Assembly: GCA_021287065.1 (NCBI GenBank)
Contig: JAJTBE010000006.1
Location: 1-25,746, forward strand
From: Bacillota bacterium
GTDB taxonomy: Bacteria; Vulcanimicrobiota; JAJTBE01
DNA: 25,746 nucleotides
Direction: 5' to 3'
This document shows, one piece after another, positions 25,076 to 25,746 of the stretch. The first letter of the stretch is position 1, and the number at the start of each line of letters is the position of its first letter. The notes below the pieces were generated by a model. It was not told the DNA's origin, did not search any database, and saw nothing but the letters and a program-made list of their open reading frames with translations. The translations under genes were made by a program, and so were the position numbers.

Positions 25076-25723
25076 TTAATCATCATTTCTATCGTCCCGT
25101 TTCAGTGAATATATGTGAGCTATCCATCCATCAGCAAGAGAAACATTCTTGATATTTCTAAAATTCTTTGCATCATATATCTTCTGCAGTTTTTCAGCCA
25201 GATAATAAGGTATATCTTTTTCCCAAGGTGATTTGTCAACTGATATTATGATAAAATTAAGATAGTCTCCATGTTCCTCATTTTCTGTACCTTTAATATC
25301 GATTATTACAGTACCTGAAGGATTGTAAGTCTGAACCTGAATAATTTTTTCCCATTCTTCTCCCCTTTGTATTGATGCTGAAGCGGGATACTTACTTATT
25401 ATTTCATAGGCAAAAGCTGAATCCGAGACCTGAGCTTTTTCTCCTCCTTTAACTATAACCATTGTCTTATCGCTGTCTACAAGTTGATCTACCACATCTG
25501 AAACTTTATCAAGGTTCCAGTTTGTCTTATCCGGAGGAATGGAGAAAAAAACAAAATCTCTCTTATCTTTCATTAATGATTCAAATTTTGGCAATATCCA
25601 TAAAGATGAGCTGCAAAAGCTGGCTATCAGTAATACTGTTAATAATGCCATTTTTAAAAATTTATGTTTTATTGCATCTATCCAAAAGACTGTGAATGTT
25701 GCAGTTAGTGGGGTTAGTGGCAA
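25076..25723 (-). CDS. Membrane-anchored hypothetical protein in an AT-rich segment (N-terminal TM/signal anchor 'MALLTVLLIASFCSSSLWIL'). The start is uncertain (TTG 25723 or ATG 25651).
   Basis: Long ORF on the minus strand in the visibly lower-GC terminal ~750 bp. No SD motif found and no recognisable domain. Confidence 0.5.
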   Translation of the reverse strand: MPLTPLTATFTVFWIDAIKHKFLKMALLTVLLIASFCSSSLWILPKFESLMKDKRDFVFFSIPPDKTNWNLDKVSDVVDQLVDSDKTMVIVKGGEKAQVSDSAFAYEIISKYPASASIQRGEEWEKIIQVQTYNPSGTVIIDIKGTENEEHGDYLNFIIISVDKSPWEKDIPYYLAEKLQKIYDAKNFRNIKNVSLADGWIAHIYSLKRDDRNDD

Positions 25724-25746
25724 AAGATATCTGGAATCTTTATTTT

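Overview
About 25.7 kb of what reads as a bacterial chromosome (Shine-Dalgarno motifs upstream of most genes, mid-range GC), with nearly all genes on the + strand. No rRNA, tRNA or CRISPR array was found by eye.

Gene order:
- 1-273: a truncated tandem palindrome-bearing repeat.
- 472-1839: a PaaK/F390-synthetase-like adenylating enzyme.
- 1890-3419: a SucC-like ATP-grasp/CoA-ligase with a C-terminal Cys-rich, ferredoxin-like tail.
- 3519-5678: a PTP-like-phytase-domain phosphatase and a tightly coupled acidic partner.
- 5753-6853: a CsaB-like polysaccharide pyruvyl transferase.
- 7016-8809: a probable operon of a secreted ankyrin protein, an EncFtn-type ferritin ending in an encapsulin cargo-targeting peptide, and Fur.
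- 8972-10081: a secreted hypothetical protein.
- 10263-12690: a thermolysin-like Zn-metallopeptidase overlapping a secreted ankyrin protein.
- 12692-13714 (-): a convergent SDR epimerase.
- 13891-14165: a composite repeat insertion.
- 14341-15670: a polytopic membrane protein and a kinase-fold protein.
- 15803-19113: a 263-aa Gly-periodic repeat protein immediately upstream of a full-length major vault protein (MVP) homologue.
- 19404-20615: a radical-SAM/SPASM enzyme.
- 20616-22273: a 1.65-kb gene-less stretch packed with two repeat families.
- 22274-24944: TldD and PmbA.
- 25076-25723 (-): an AT-rich tail with a membrane-anchored hypothetical protein.

Most noteworthy:
- A bacterial vault (MVP) locus with an uncharacterised co-encoded partner.
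- An encapsulin cargo protein (EncFtn plus targeting peptide) with no encapsulin shell gene anywhere in the window.
- A modular hairpin-bearing repeat family inserted at four or more sites.
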